A stretch of DNA of 64,000 nt. Source: Gammaproteobacteria bacterium. Lineage in GTDB: Bacteria; Pseudomonadota; Gammaproteobacteria; Steroidobacterales; Steroidobacteraceae. The notes beneath the pieces are model-generated. The model ran no database searches, had not been told where the DNA came from, and saw only the letters and a program-made list of their open reading frames with translations. The translations under genes and the position numbers were made by a program. Shown here piece after piece: positions 42,945 through 54,300 of this stretch (its first letter is position 1; each line of letters starts with the position of its first letter). The DNA is taken from the NCBI GenBank assembly GCA_016882265.1, contig VGVB01000008.1, positions 5,862 to 69,861 of the forward strand, given 5' to 3'.

Positions 42945-44069
42945 ATGGACGCCGCGCCGGTCACGCCGCAGAACCTGCTCGGGCTGCCCCGCCCGGAGCT
43001 GGAGGCGTACGTCGCGACGCTGGGGGCGCGGCCCTACCGGGCGCGGCAACTGCTGCAGTGGATCTACCGCCGCGGCGCCCACCGCTTCGCCGACATGACC
43101 GACCTGGCCAAGGACTTTCGCGCCACGCTCGCGGGCACGGCCGAGGTCCGCGTCCCGGAAATTCTGCGGGCGAGCGCCTCGGCCGACGGCACGCGCAAGT
43201 GGCTGCTGCGCATGCCCGGTGCCGCGACCGCGGAGCAGGCCATCGAGACGATCTGGATCCCGGAACCCGATCGCGGCACGCTGTGCGTGTCCACGCAGAT
43301 CGGCTGTGCGCTCGACTGCGCGTTCTGCGCGACCGGGCGGCAGGGCTTCAACCGCAACCTGACCGCGGCCGAGATCATCGGCCAGGTGTGGCTGGCCAAC
43401 CGTGAGCTCGGCCGCTGGCCGGACGGCCCGCGGCTGATCACCAACGTCGTGCTGATGGGCATGGGCGAGCCGCTCGCCAACTACCGCAACGTGCTGGCGG
43501 CGCTGCGCCTGCTGCTCGACGACCTCGGCTACGACCTGTCGCGGCGCCGGGTGACGCTGTCGACTTCGGGCCTGGTGCCGCAGATCTACCGGCTCGCGCA
43601 GGACTGCAACGTCGCGCTGGCGGTGTCGCTGCACGCGCCGAACGATGCCTTGCGCGACCGGCTCGTGCCGATCAACCGGCTGCACCCGATCGCCGGGCTG
43701 CTGGCGGCCTGCTGGCACTACCTCGAGCGCCAGAATGGCCGCAGCATCACCTTCGAGTACACGCTGCTCGACGGCGTCAACGACCAGCCGGCGCTGGCCC
43801 GGGAACTGGCCGCGCTGCTGCGCGGTCATCTGGCCAAGGTGAACCTGATTCCGTTCAATCCGTTCCCCGGCACTTCGTTCCGGCGTTCGCCGCCGGCGGT
43901 CGTCGCGCGGTTCCGCGACGAGCTGGTCCGTGCCGGCCTGACGACCACCGTGCGGCGGCCGCGCGGTGACGACATCGATGCGGCCTGCGGCCAGTTGCGC
44001 GGGCGGGTGCTGGACCGGACCCAGGTCCGGCTCGGCGAGCGCGCCGGGCGCGCGGCGGTGCCGGCATGA
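42945..44069 (+). CDS. rlmN: 23S rRNA/tRNA adenine-C2 methyltransferase RlmN (radical SAM)
   Basis: Met84 of ORF 42696..44069. 'RARQLLQWIY', radical-SAM 'CALDCAFCATG', 'GMGEPLAN', 'DIDAACGQL'. Confidence 0.93.
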   Translation: MDAAPVTPQNLLGLPRPELEAYVATLGARPYRARQLLQWIYRRGAHRFADMTDLAKDFRATLAGTAEVRVPEILRASASADGTRKWLLRMPGAATAEQAIETIWIPEPDRGTLCVSTQIGCALDCAFCATGRQGFNRNLTAAEIIGQVWLANRELGRWPDGPRLITNVVLMGMGEPLANYRNVLAALRLLLDDLGYDLSRRRVTLSTSGLVPQIYRLAQDCNVALAVSLHAPNDALRDRLVPINRLHPIAGLLAACWHYLERQNGRSITFEYTLLDGVNDQPALARELAALLRGHLAKVNLIPFNPFPGTSFRRSPPAVVARFRDELVRAGLTTTVRRPRGDDIDAACGQLRGRVLDRTQVRLGERAGRAAVPA

Positions 44070-44827
44070 AGCGCGCGGGCTGGTGGCCGCTGCTCGGCCT
44101 GTGCTGCTGCCTCGCGGCCGCGGCGCAGGACACCAGCCCGGCGGATCCGCGCATCGAAGCGGCGCGCATCAACACGCGGCTGGCGATGGAATACCTGAAG
44201 CTCGGCCAGCTCGCAGTCGCCCGCGACAAGATCGAGCGGGCGCTGCTGCAGAACCCGCGCGATGTCGCGGTGCAGATCGGCGCCGGACTCGTGTACGAGC
44301 GGTTGCTCGACAACCGGCGCGCCGAGCGCCATTACCGCCAGGCGCTGAAGACCGATTCGAGCCACCCCGAGGCGCAGAACGCGCTCGGCGCATTCCTGTG
44401 CCGCAATGGCGACCAGCAGCGCGGCGAGACGATGTTCGTCAGCGCGGCGCGGAATCCGCTGTATCGCACGCCCGAGGTGGCCTATACCAACGCCGGTGTC
44501 TGCGCCCGCGGCGCCGGGCGGCTCGAGCAGGCCGAAGCCTATCTGCGCCAGGCGCTGGCGCTGCGCGCGAACCACGCCGAGGCTCTGCTGCAGCTCGCCG
44601 GCGTCGCCTTCGAACGCGGCAACTACCTGTCGGCGCGGGCCTTCGTGCAGCGCTTCCTCGACTCCACCCCGGTGACCGCCGAGGTGCTGCTGCTCGGCTA
44701 TCAGGTCGAGAAGTCGCTCGGCGCCGCCCGCGCCGCCCTGGCCTTCGCCGAGCGCCTGCGGCAGGAGTTTCCCGAATCCGCGCAGCGGCGCGCACTCGAC
44801 GCCCAGACCGCGCCGACTCCGGAATGA
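44066..44827 (+). CDS. pilW: type IV pilus biogenesis/stability lipoprotein PilW (TPR)
   Basis: 253 aa. Signal/lipobox region 'LLGLCCCLAAA'. TPR repeats. Conserved position after rlmN. Confidence 0.8.
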   Translation: MKRAGWWPLLGLCCCLAAAAQDTSPADPRIEAARINTRLAMEYLKLGQLAVARDKIERALLQNPRDVAVQIGAGLVYERLLDNRRAERHYRQALKTDSSHPEAQNALGAFLCRNGDQQRGETMFVSAARNPLYRTPEVAYTNAGVCARGAGRLEQAEAYLRQALALRANHAEALLQLAGVAFERGNYLSARAFVQRFLDSTPVTAEVLLLGYQVEKSLGAARAALAFAERLRQEFPESAQRRALDAQTAPTPE

Positions 44828-44889
44828 AGCGCGCGAATTCCGCCAGCGCGGCGCCATGGCCGGCCGCGCCGGCTGCTGAAGGCTGAGCG

Positions 44890-46161
44890 ATGAGCCGGAC
44901 CCTGCAGGCGGTGCGCGGCATGAACGACCTGCTGCCGGCGGCGCTGCCGCTGTGGCAGTTCGTCGAGCGGCAGGCGCGCGAGCTGTTCGCCGCGTACGGC
45001 TACCAGGAGATGCGCGTGCCGCTGGTCGAGCACGCCGACCTGTTCCAGCGCTCGATCGGCGAACAGACCGACATCGTTGAGAAGGAGATGTACACCTTCG
45101 AGGACCGCGGTGGCGACCGCCTGAGCCTGCGTCCCGAGGCGACCGCCGGACTGGTGCGCGCGGCGATCGAGAACGGCCTGCTGCACAACCAGCGGCACCG
45201 GCTGTGGACCAGCGGGCCGATGTTCCGGCACGAGCGGCCGCAGCAGGGCCGCTACCGCCAGTTCCACCAGATCGACTGCGAGGCCTTCGGCTACGAGGGC
45301 CCGGACATCGACGCCGAGATGATCCTGCTGTCGGCGCGATTGTGGCAGCGGCTCGGCCTCGGCGGCCTGCGGCTGCGGATCAACTCGCTCGGCACGCCGG
45401 AGTCGCGGCGCGAATACCGCGCGCAGCTCGTCGACTACTTTACCCGGCACCGCGACCAGCTCGACGCCGACAGCCTGCGGCGCCTCGACGGCAACCCGCT
45501 CCGGATCCTCGATTCGAAGAACCCGGCGCTGGCCGCAATCGTCGCCGGTGCGCCGGCGCTCACCGAGCACCTCGATCCGGCCTCGCGCGAGCACTTCGAA
45601 CGCTTCCAGCAACTGCTCGCGGCCGGCGGCATCGACTTCACCATCGACCAACGCCTGGTGCGCGGGCTCGACTACTACTCGCGCACCGTGTTCGAGTGGA
45701 CCACGACCGCGCTCGGTGCCCAGGATGCCGTCTGCTCGGGGGGACGTTATGATGGCCTCGTCGCGCAGCTCGGCGGCGAGCCGACCCCGGCGGTTGGCTG
45801 GGCGCTCGGTGTCGAACGACTGGTCAGCCTGCTGCAGGCCAGCGGCATCGCGGCGCCGCCGGGCCCGCCCGGGGTCTATGTCGTGCTGGCCGGCGAGCGC
45901 GCACTGCTTGCGGGTCTGCCGCTGGCCGAGCGGCTGCGGGCAGCGCTGCCAGGCGTGACGGTCGAGGTGAACCTCGGTGGCGGCGGTTTCAAGGCGCAGT
46001 TGCGGCGCGCGGACCGCAGTGGTGCACGGCTGGCCCTGATCCTCGGCGATGACGAGGTCGCGCGCGGTGTGGCGGCGCTCAAGGATCTGCGCGGCGCGGG
46101 CCCGCAGCAGGATTGCGCCTGGGACGAACTGCCGGCGCGGCTGCGCGCGCTGCTGGAGTAA
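44890..46161 (+). CDS. hisS: histidine-tRNA ligase
   Basis: 423 aa. 'RGMNDLLP', 'FRHERPQQGRYRQFHQ', 'RGLDYYSRTVFEW', 'GGRYDGL'. Confidence 0.96.
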   Translation: MSRTLQAVRGMNDLLPAALPLWQFVERQARELFAAYGYQEMRVPLVEHADLFQRSIGEQTDIVEKEMYTFEDRGGDRLSLRPEATAGLVRAAIENGLLHNQRHRLWTSGPMFRHERPQQGRYRQFHQIDCEAFGYEGPDIDAEMILLSARLWQRLGLGGLRLRINSLGTPESRREYRAQLVDYFTRHRDQLDADSLRRLDGNPLRILDSKNPALAAIVAGAPALTEHLDPASREHFERFQQLLAAGGIDFTIDQRLVRGLDYYSRTVFEWTTTALGAQDAVCSGGRYDGLVAQLGGEPTPAVGWALGVERLVSLLQASGIAAPPGPPGVYVVLAGERALLAGLPLAERLRAALPGVTVEVNLGGGGFKAQLRRADRSGARLALILGDDEVARGVAALKDLRGAGPQQDCAWDELPARLRALLE

Positions 46162-46164
46162 GGG

Positions 46165-46812
46165 ATGGTCGACGAATATCTGTCCGAGCGCGAACAGGCC
46201 GAGCTGCTGCGCCAGTGGCTGCGCGAGAACTGGCTGTGGCTGTTCAGCGGCATCGCACTCGGACTCGGCGGCCTGTACGGTTATCGCTGGTGGGAGGGCC
46301 ATCACGAGCAACGCTCGCTGGCCGCGGAGCAGCGCTTCACCGCGATGCTCGCGGCGCTGGAACGCAATGCCCGCGATGAAGGTGTGCGCATCGCCGGCGA
46401 AATCACCGGCGAGTACGACGATACACCCTATGCGGACCAGACGACGCTGGTGCTGGCGCGGCTCGACGTCGAGGCCGGCGTGCTGGCGCAGGCGGCCAAT
46501 CGTCTCGGCAGCGTCATGAATACCTCGCGCGACCCGGAACTGGCGCTGGTCGCCCGGCTGCGCCTCGCGCGCGTGCAGCTTGCGCAGGGTCAGTACGACG
46601 CCGCGCTGGCCACGCTCGACGGCGCGAAACCGGCGGCCGCCGCAGCGCGCGTGGCCGAGCTGCGCGGCGATGTGCTGCAGGCGCGCGGCGACCTGGCCGG
46701 GGCGCTCGCCGCCTACCAGCAGGCGCAGCAGGCCGCGGCCGGCGGCCAGGTCGACCCGGAGCTGCTGGCGCTGAAGATCGAGTCGCTGGCCGCGCAACAG
46801 AAGGTGGAGTGA
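46165..46812 (+). CDS. yfgM: YfgM-family membrane-anchored TPR-like protein
   Basis: 215 aa. N-terminal 'EQAELLRQWLRENWLWLFSGIALGLGG' anchor. Conserved hisS-yfgM-bamB-der order. Confidence 0.8.
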   Translation: MVDEYLSEREQAELLRQWLRENWLWLFSGIALGLGGLYGYRWWEGHHEQRSLAAEQRFTAMLAALERNARDEGVRIAGEITGEYDDTPYADQTTLVLARLDVEAGVLAQAANRLGSVMNTSRDPELALVARLRLARVQLAQGQYDAALATLDGAKPAAAAARVAELRGDVLQARGDLAGALAAYQQAQQAAAGGQVDPELLALKIESLAAQQKVE

Positions 46813-46815
46813 GCG

Positions 46816-47976
46816 ATGCGCATCACGAGACAGACGGGCCTGTTGCTGCTGTGTGCAGTCCTCGCGGCCTGCGGCAAGGGCAAGGAGAAGGATATCGATC
46901 CGCCGGCCGAGCTGGTCGGGTTCAGCGCGCGCATCGACGTCGCGCGCGCCTGGAGCGGCGGCGGCGGTGGTGGCGAAGAAGTGCTGCGCCTCGGCCTGCG
47001 CCCGGCGGTCGCGGATGGGGTCGCCTATGTCGCGGGCTACGGCGGCGCGATCGAGGCGTTCGATCTCGCCACCGGCCGCGCGAAGTGGCGCTACTCGGGC
47101 AAGCTGCCGTTCGGCGGCGGGCCCGGGATCGGCGAAGGCCTGGTCGCGGCCGGCTCCGTCGCGGGCGACGTCGTGGCGCTCGAGGCCGCGACCGGCAGCC
47201 AGCGCTGGCGGGTGACGGTCGGCGGCGAAGTGCTGTCCGCGCCGGCGATCGGCGGCGGGCTGGTCGTGGTGCGGACGGTGGACGGGCGAGTCCGCGGACT
47301 GCGTGCGGCCGACGGCAGCGAGGCCTGGAACTACGAACAGCCGGTGCCGCGCCTGACCCTGCGTGGCAGCGGCGGGCCGGTGATCCACGGCGACCTCGTG
47401 CTGACCGGCTTCGACAACGGCCGCGTGGCCGCGCTGGCGCTGGCGAGCGGCGACCTGCTGTGGACCGCGACGGTCGCTCCGGCCAAAGGTCGCACCGAGA
47501 TCGAACGGCTGGTGGATATCGATTCGACCGTCGCCGTCGTCGGTGAGGACGTGTTCGTCGTCGGCTTCCAGGGCCGGGTCGCGATGCTCGCGCTGGAGTC
47601 CGGCCAGATCTGGTGGGCGCGCGAACTCTCGAGCCATCGCGGACTGGCCGCGGACGAGGACAAGCTGTACGTGACGCTCGCCGACAGCACGGTCGTCGCG
47701 CTGCGGCGCCGCGACGGCACCGAGGTCTGGCGCCAGGCGCAGTTCCTGAACCGGGCGCTGTCCGCGCCGGCGGTGAATGGCGAGCTGCTCGCGGTCGGCG
47801 ACTTCGAGGGCCACGTGCACTGGCTCGACACGGCGACCGGCGCGGTGGTCGGCCGCGCCAAAGCCGGCGGCAGCCGGATCAGTAACCGCCCGGTGGCGGC
47901 CGGGGATCTGTGGCTGGTGCAGTCCGACTCCGGCGCCGCCCACGCACTGCGTACGCGACCCCGCGCCAGCGGGTGA
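46816..47976 (+). CDS. bamB: outer-membrane protein assembly factor BamB
   Basis: 386 aa. Lipobox '[10 protein letters not shown]'. Repeated PQQ-like beta-propeller blades. Confidence 0.9.
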   Translation: MRITRQTGLLLLCAVLAACGKGKEKDIDPPAELVGFSARIDVARAWSGGGGGGEEVLRLGLRPAVADGVAYVAGYGGAIEAFDLATGRAKWRYSGKLPFGGGPGIGEGLVAAGSVAGDVVALEAATGSQRWRVTVGGEVLSAPAIGGGLVVVRTVDGRVRGLRAADGSEAWNYEQPVPRLTLRGSGGPVIHGDLVLTGFDNGRVAALALASGDLLWTATVAPAKGRTEIERLVDIDSTVAVVGEDVFVVGFQGRVAMLALESGQIWWARELSSHRGLAADEDKLYVTLADSTVVALRRRDGTEVWRQAQFLNRALSAPAVNGELLAVGDFEGHVHWLDTATGAVVGRAKAGGSRISNRPVAAGDLWLVQSDSGAAHALRTRPRASG

Positions 47977-47998
47977 TCTGCGCCCGCTGGTCGCCCCG

Positions 47999-49387
47999 AT
48001 GCTGCCCGTTATCGCGCTCGTGGGGCGGCCGAACGTCGGCAAGTCCACGCTGTTCAACGCGCTGACCGGGACCCGCGACGCGCTGGTCGCGGACGAGCCC
48101 GGCCTGACCCGCGACCGCCAGTACGGTTTTGGCCAGTCGGGCGAGGCGCGCTTCATCGTCGTTGATACCGGCGGTCTGGTCGAGTCACCGCGCGGCGTCG
48201 AGGAGCCAATGGCGCGGCAGACGCTGCGCGCGGTCGAGGAAGCGGATCGGGTCGTGCTGCTGGTGGACGGCCAGCAGGGTCTCGTCAGTGCCGACCGCTT
48301 CGTGGCCGAGGTGTTGCGCCGCAGCGGCCGGCCGGTGACGGTCGCGGTCAACAAGAGCGAGGACCGCGATCCGGTGCTCGCGGTGGCCGAGTTCCACGCG
48401 CTCGGGCTCGGCGAGCCACTCGCGCTCTCGGCCGCGCACCGCCGCGGGGTCGCGGATCTGCTCGAACGGGTGCTGGCGGGCTGGGAGTTTCCGGCCACCG
48501 CGCCCGCGCCGCAGGCCACGGACGCGATCCGGGTCTGCGTGGTCGGCCGGCCCAACGTCGGCAAGAGCACGCTGATCAACCGGTTGCTCGGCGAGGATCG
48601 CCTCGTCGCCTTCGACGAGCCCGGCACGACGCGCGACACCGTCGCGGTGCCATTCGAGCGCGACGGCCAGGCCTACGTGCTGATCGACACCGCCGGCGTG
48701 CGGCGCCGGGCCAGGGTCGAAGAGGGGGTCGAGCGGTTCAGCGTGATCAGGACGCTGCAGGCGATTGACGGTGCGCACGTCGTCATCGGCGTGCTGGACG
48801 CGCGCGACTCGGTCGCCGAGCAGGACGCGACGCTGCTCGGCCTGGTCGCCGAGCGCGGCCGGGCGCTCGCGATCGCGGTCAACAAGTGGGACCACGTCGC
48901 GGCCGAGCAGCGCGATCGGATCCGCGAGCAGCTGGCCGAGCGCCTGCGTTTTCTCGACTTCGCGCCGCTACACTTCATCTCGGCGCTGCACGGCAGCGGC
49001 GTCGGCGAACTGATGGATTCGGTGCGCCGGGCCTATGCGGCGGCGATGCGCGAACTGCCGACCCCGGAGCTGACCCGCGTCCTCGAGGCGGCGATCAGCC
49101 GGCACCAGCCGCCGCTGCTGCGCGGGCGCCGCATCCGCCTGCGCTATGCGCACCAGGGCGGGCGCAATCCGCCGCTCATTGTCGTGCACGGCGCGCAGGC
49201 CGAGCGCACGCCGGAGGACTACCGGCGCTATCTGATGCACTGCTTCCGCGAGGCTTTCCGCCTGGCCGGCACGCCGGTGCGGATCGAGTTCCGCACCGAG
49301 GGCAACCCCTACGCCGGGCGGCGCAACGTGCTGACGCCGCGGCAGCGGCGGCGGCGCGAGCGGGTGCAGCGGCACTCGCGGCGTTGA
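47999..49387 (+). CDS. der: ribosome biogenesis GTPase Der (EngA)
   Basis: Met75 of ORF 47777..49387. Two G domains, '[12 protein letters not shown]' and '[12 protein letters not shown]'. Basic KH-like C-terminus. Confidence 0.95.
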   Translation: MLPVIALVGRPNVGKSTLFNALTGTRDALVADEPGLTRDRQYGFGQSGEARFIVVDTGGLVESPRGVEEPMARQTLRAVEEADRVVLLVDGQQGLVSADRFVAEVLRRSGRPVTVAVNKSEDRDPVLAVAEFHALGLGEPLALSAAHRRGVADLLERVLAGWEFPATAPAPQATDAIRVCVVGRPNVGKSTLINRLLGEDRLVAFDEPGTTRDTVAVPFERDGQAYVLIDTAGVRRRARVEEGVERFSVIRTLQAIDGAHVVIGVLDARDSVAEQDATLLGLVAERGRALAIAVNKWDHVAAEQRDRIREQLAERLRFLDFAPLHFISALHGSGVGELMDSVRRAYAAAMRELPTPELTRVLEAAISRHQPPLLRGRRIRLRYAHQGGRNPPLIVVHGAQAERTPEDYRRYLMHCFREAFRLAGTPVRIEFRTEGNPYAGRRNVLTPRQRRRRERVQRHSRR

Positions 49388-49503
49388 CCGGCCCGGCACC
49401 GGCGGATTCCTCGCTGAACCCGGCAGATTTGCACACCATCCGCCACATGCTGAACCGGTAGCTTGGCTCCCGCGGCAGGAGGTCCTGCCCGGGAGGCCTG
49501 TTC

Positions 49504-51618
<2,115 letters not shown>

Positions 51619-51621
51619 GCG

Positions 51622-52995
51622 ATGCAGATCCGCTGCATCCAGGACTGGTTGACGCGGCGCCGGGCGCAACGGGCCGCGGACCGTCGCGACGAGCTCGCCT
51701 TCCTGCCGGCCGCGCTCGAACTGCGGGACACTCCGCCAGCGCCCGCCGGCCGGGCCGTGCTGTGGACGATCGCCGGCCTTTGTGTATCCGCGGTCGCCTG
51801 GGCCAGCGCGGGGCGGGTCGATATCGTCGCCGTCGCGCCCGGACGTTTGCTGCCCGCCGGTCATGTCCGGACGGTCCAGTCGCCCGGCAGCGGAACCGTA
51901 CGCGCGATCCACGTCCGTGATGGCCAGCAGGTAGTGCAGGGCCAGGTCCTGATCGAGCTCGACCCGGCGCTGGCGGAGGCCGACCGGACCGCCAGCGAGG
52001 TCCGCCTGCAGGGTATGGAGTTCGAGCTGGCCCGCCAGCGCGCCTTCCTCCACTGGCTCGGGGCCGCCTCCGCGGAGCCCGGGTCGCGGCTCGGCGTGCG
52101 CGAGCTGCCGGCGCTGCAGCGCGCAATCCTCGAACAGTCCGCTGCGGAGTATCAGAGCCGGCGGGCGGCAAACCGGCAGGCCATGCTCCGGCGTGAGGCC
52201 GACCGCGAGGCGACGCGACGCCAGGTCGGCAAGCTGGAGCGGACCTTGCCGCTGGTGGCGCGGCGGACCGCAGCGGTCCGCGAGCTGGCCGAGCGCGACC
52301 TGCTGCCGCGGCTGCAGCATGTCGAGCTCGAGCAGCAGCGCATTGCAGTGGAAGAGGACCTCGCGGCCGCGCGCGCCGGGCTGGCCTCGATCGAGGCCGC
52401 GATCGCCGAGCTGACCAGTCAGCGACGCGAGCTCGAATCCGGCACGCGGCGCACGACACTGCAGCGGATCGCGGAACTCGAGCAGCTCGTGGCAGAAGCC
52501 TGGCAGCAGCAGTTCAGGACCGCGCGGCTGGTTGCACAACAGGCGCTGGTGGCACCGGTCGGAGGCGAAGTGCAGCAGCTTGCCGTACACACGATCGGCG
52601 CCGTCGTCGGGCCCGGACAGCCGCTGCTGGTCATCGTCCCGGCGGGCGAACCACTCGAGGTGGAGGCCCGGATCCTCAACCGCGACATCGGTTTCGTCCG
52701 CGAAGGTCAGGCGGCCGGCATCAAGGTCGAGGCGTTTCCATTCACCCGTTACGGAATCCTCCCGGGGCAGATCGTCGCGATCAGCGAAGACGCGACTCCG
52801 GACGAGCAACTCGGTCCGGTGTATGTCGCCCGGGTCCGGCCGCAACGCGCGGTGCTGGAAGCCGAGGGCCGGCCGGTCGCGCTGACGTCCGGAATGGCCG
52901 TCAGCGTGGAAATCCTGACCGGCCGCCGCAGTCTGCTCGACTACGTGCTGTCGCTGTTGTCACGGCACCTGCAAGAAAGCGTACGCGAGCGCTGA
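51622..52995 (+). CDS. HlyD-family type I secretion periplasmic adaptor
   Basis: 457 aa. 'FLPAALELRDTPPAP', a single TM, long coiled-coil, C-terminal 'LLDYVLSLL'-type tail. Confidence 0.92.
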   Translation: MQIRCIQDWLTRRRAQRAADRRDELAFLPAALELRDTPPAPAGRAVLWTIAGLCVSAVAWASAGRVDIVAVAPGRLLPAGHVRTVQSPGSGTVRAIHVRDGQQVVQGQVLIELDPALAEADRTASEVRLQGMEFELARQRAFLHWLGAASAEPGSRLGVRELPALQRAILEQSAAEYQSRRAANRQAMLRREADREATRRQVGKLERTLPLVARRTAAVRELAERDLLPRLQHVELEQQRIAVEEDLAAARAGLASIEAAIAELTSQRRELESGTRRTTLQRIAELEQLVAEAWQQQFRTARLVAQQALVAPVGGEVQQLAVHTIGAVVGPGQPLLVIVPAGEPLEVEARILNRDIGFVREGQAAGIKVEAFPFTRYGILPGQIVAISEDATPDEQLGPVYVARVRPQRAVLEAEGRPVALTSGMAVSVEILTGRRSLLDYVLSLLSRHLQESVRER

Positions 52996-53030
52996 GCATC
53001 GGCATCGATGGCCAATCGGGGAGAGAGCCC

Positions 53031-53492
53031 ATGTTGCGCAGTCTGAATGTGTTCGTTGCGATCCTGGTCACGGCTGGAACCGTCACCGTACTGGCCTGCG
53101 GCACGCTGCTGACCCTGCTGTTCACGCGGCTGTCGCAGATATGGCCCGTACTGGCACTGGGTTCCCTGTCCGCCGGGTACTACGTCGCTGGCATCGTCGG
53201 CCTCGCCGTTCCGACCTGGATATGGTGGCGGCATGGGCTGATTCCGCCGGCGGTGCTGCCCGGCTGTGAGAAGCGGCTGCGGCGCGGCGAACGGATGCTG
53301 GCCGTGGCGAATGTCGTATTCCTGGTGAGCTTCGTCGGACCGTTCGTGGCGTCCGCCATCATGAAGAACCCGCTGCTCCCCTGGCTGGCGATCTACGGCT
53401 TCCTCGCGCTGCCGCTGTGCGTGGTGGCCTGGTGTCTCGGCCTGCACTACATCAGTTCTTCACGCGATCGCTCGAGGGCCTGGCGACGCTGA
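53031..53492 (+). CDS. hypothetical small integral membrane protein (about 4 TM helices)
   Basis: 153 aa. GGGGAGAG SD 5 nt upstream of the ATG. Four hydrophobic segments (about aa 5-31, 37-60, 85-107 and 112-137). No recognisable family motif. The region looks less GC-rich than its flanks. Confidence 0.65.
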   Translation: MLRSLNVFVAILVTAGTVTVLACGTLLTLLFTRLSQIWPVLALGSLSAGYYVAGIVGLAVPTWIWWRHGLIPPAVLPGCEKRLRRGERMLAVANVVFLVSFVGPFVASAIMKNPLLPWLAIYGFLALPLCVVAWCLGLHYISSSRDRSRAWRR

Positions 53493-53544
53493 TCGCCGCT
53501 CACGGTGGCCATGAAGGCCGCCAGCAACCGCTACGGAGGGTGTC

Positions 53545-54300
53545 ATGGTCACGAACGAAGAATATGCAGCGATGTCGGCGGCTGTGTACGGCGCCGCACC
53601 GGGCAACCGTCTGGTCGTCGAGGGCTGGACCGCCGACGAGGTCGGGTTGCCGCCCTGGCTGTTCCTCGGTTTCAAGTACGGAATCTATACGCGGGGCACC
53701 GGCAGCGAACGCGAGATCGTGATCGCCTACGCCGGCACGGATCGCGGCTTCAATCCGGACCTGCTGTCGGGCTTCTTCGGCGTCAGCGGTCAGCCTCTGC
53801 CATCGCAGTTGACTCAGGCCGCGGTCGTTTACGCAATGGTGCGCCGGGACTTCCCCGGTGTACCGGCCGAAAACATCTCGTTTACCGGCCACTCGCTCGG
53901 CGGCGGGCTGGCCTCGGTGATGGCGGTGTGGTTCGACCACCCGGCGACCGTGTTCGCGCCCGCGCCGTTCGAGTACTCGGCCCAGGGCAGTGCCGCGGAG
54001 TGGACCGCCGATCTGGCGCGATTCGCGCTGCTGATCACACCCGGGCTGCAGAATGCGGACGACCTGCTGGTCTTCGATCCGGACCGCGATTTCGCAGCGC
54101 GCGAAGCCAACGTGACCAGCTTATCGATCACGGGTGAAGTGCTCGAGCGATTCCTGAGCTGGCTGCCGACGATCGAAGGCACGGCTCATGAAATCGATCT
54201 CGGCGACAGCCCGCTCAGTCCGTTCCAGCGACATGGTATCGACCTGCACGCGGCAACGATCATGGACGAGGACTTCCGCCGGGCGCTGGCCGGACTGCCG
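53545..54300 (+). other. lipase (class 3 / family I.3-like) alpha/beta-hydrolase domain of the RTX protein (approximate bounds)
   Basis: 'EIVIAYAGTD' strand followed by the nucleophile elbow 'GHSLGG'. The candidate catalytic His lies in 'QRHGIDLH' (His230 codon at 54232-54234). The acid residue is not assignable by eye. Confidence 0.6.

Noticed and set aside
44701-48639. 1312-aa minus-strand ORF, the longest ORF in this part of the track.
   Set aside because: It lies antisense to five well-supported plus-strand genes (pilW end, hisS, yfgM, bamB, der). Its translation is low-complexity and rich in Arg/Ala/Gly/Pro with no motifs. This is a typical stop-codon-poor shadow frame in high-GC DNA.
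53545-53650. Di-alanine sites ('YAAMSAAVYGAAPG') as a LapG-type cleavage/retention module, as in LapA-like RTX adhesins.
   Set aside because: The window has no LapG/LapD-type genes. The exporter is HlyB type with a C39-like domain, and the N-terminus reads as part of the hydrolase fold rather than a retention module. Alanine pairs are expected by chance at this composition.
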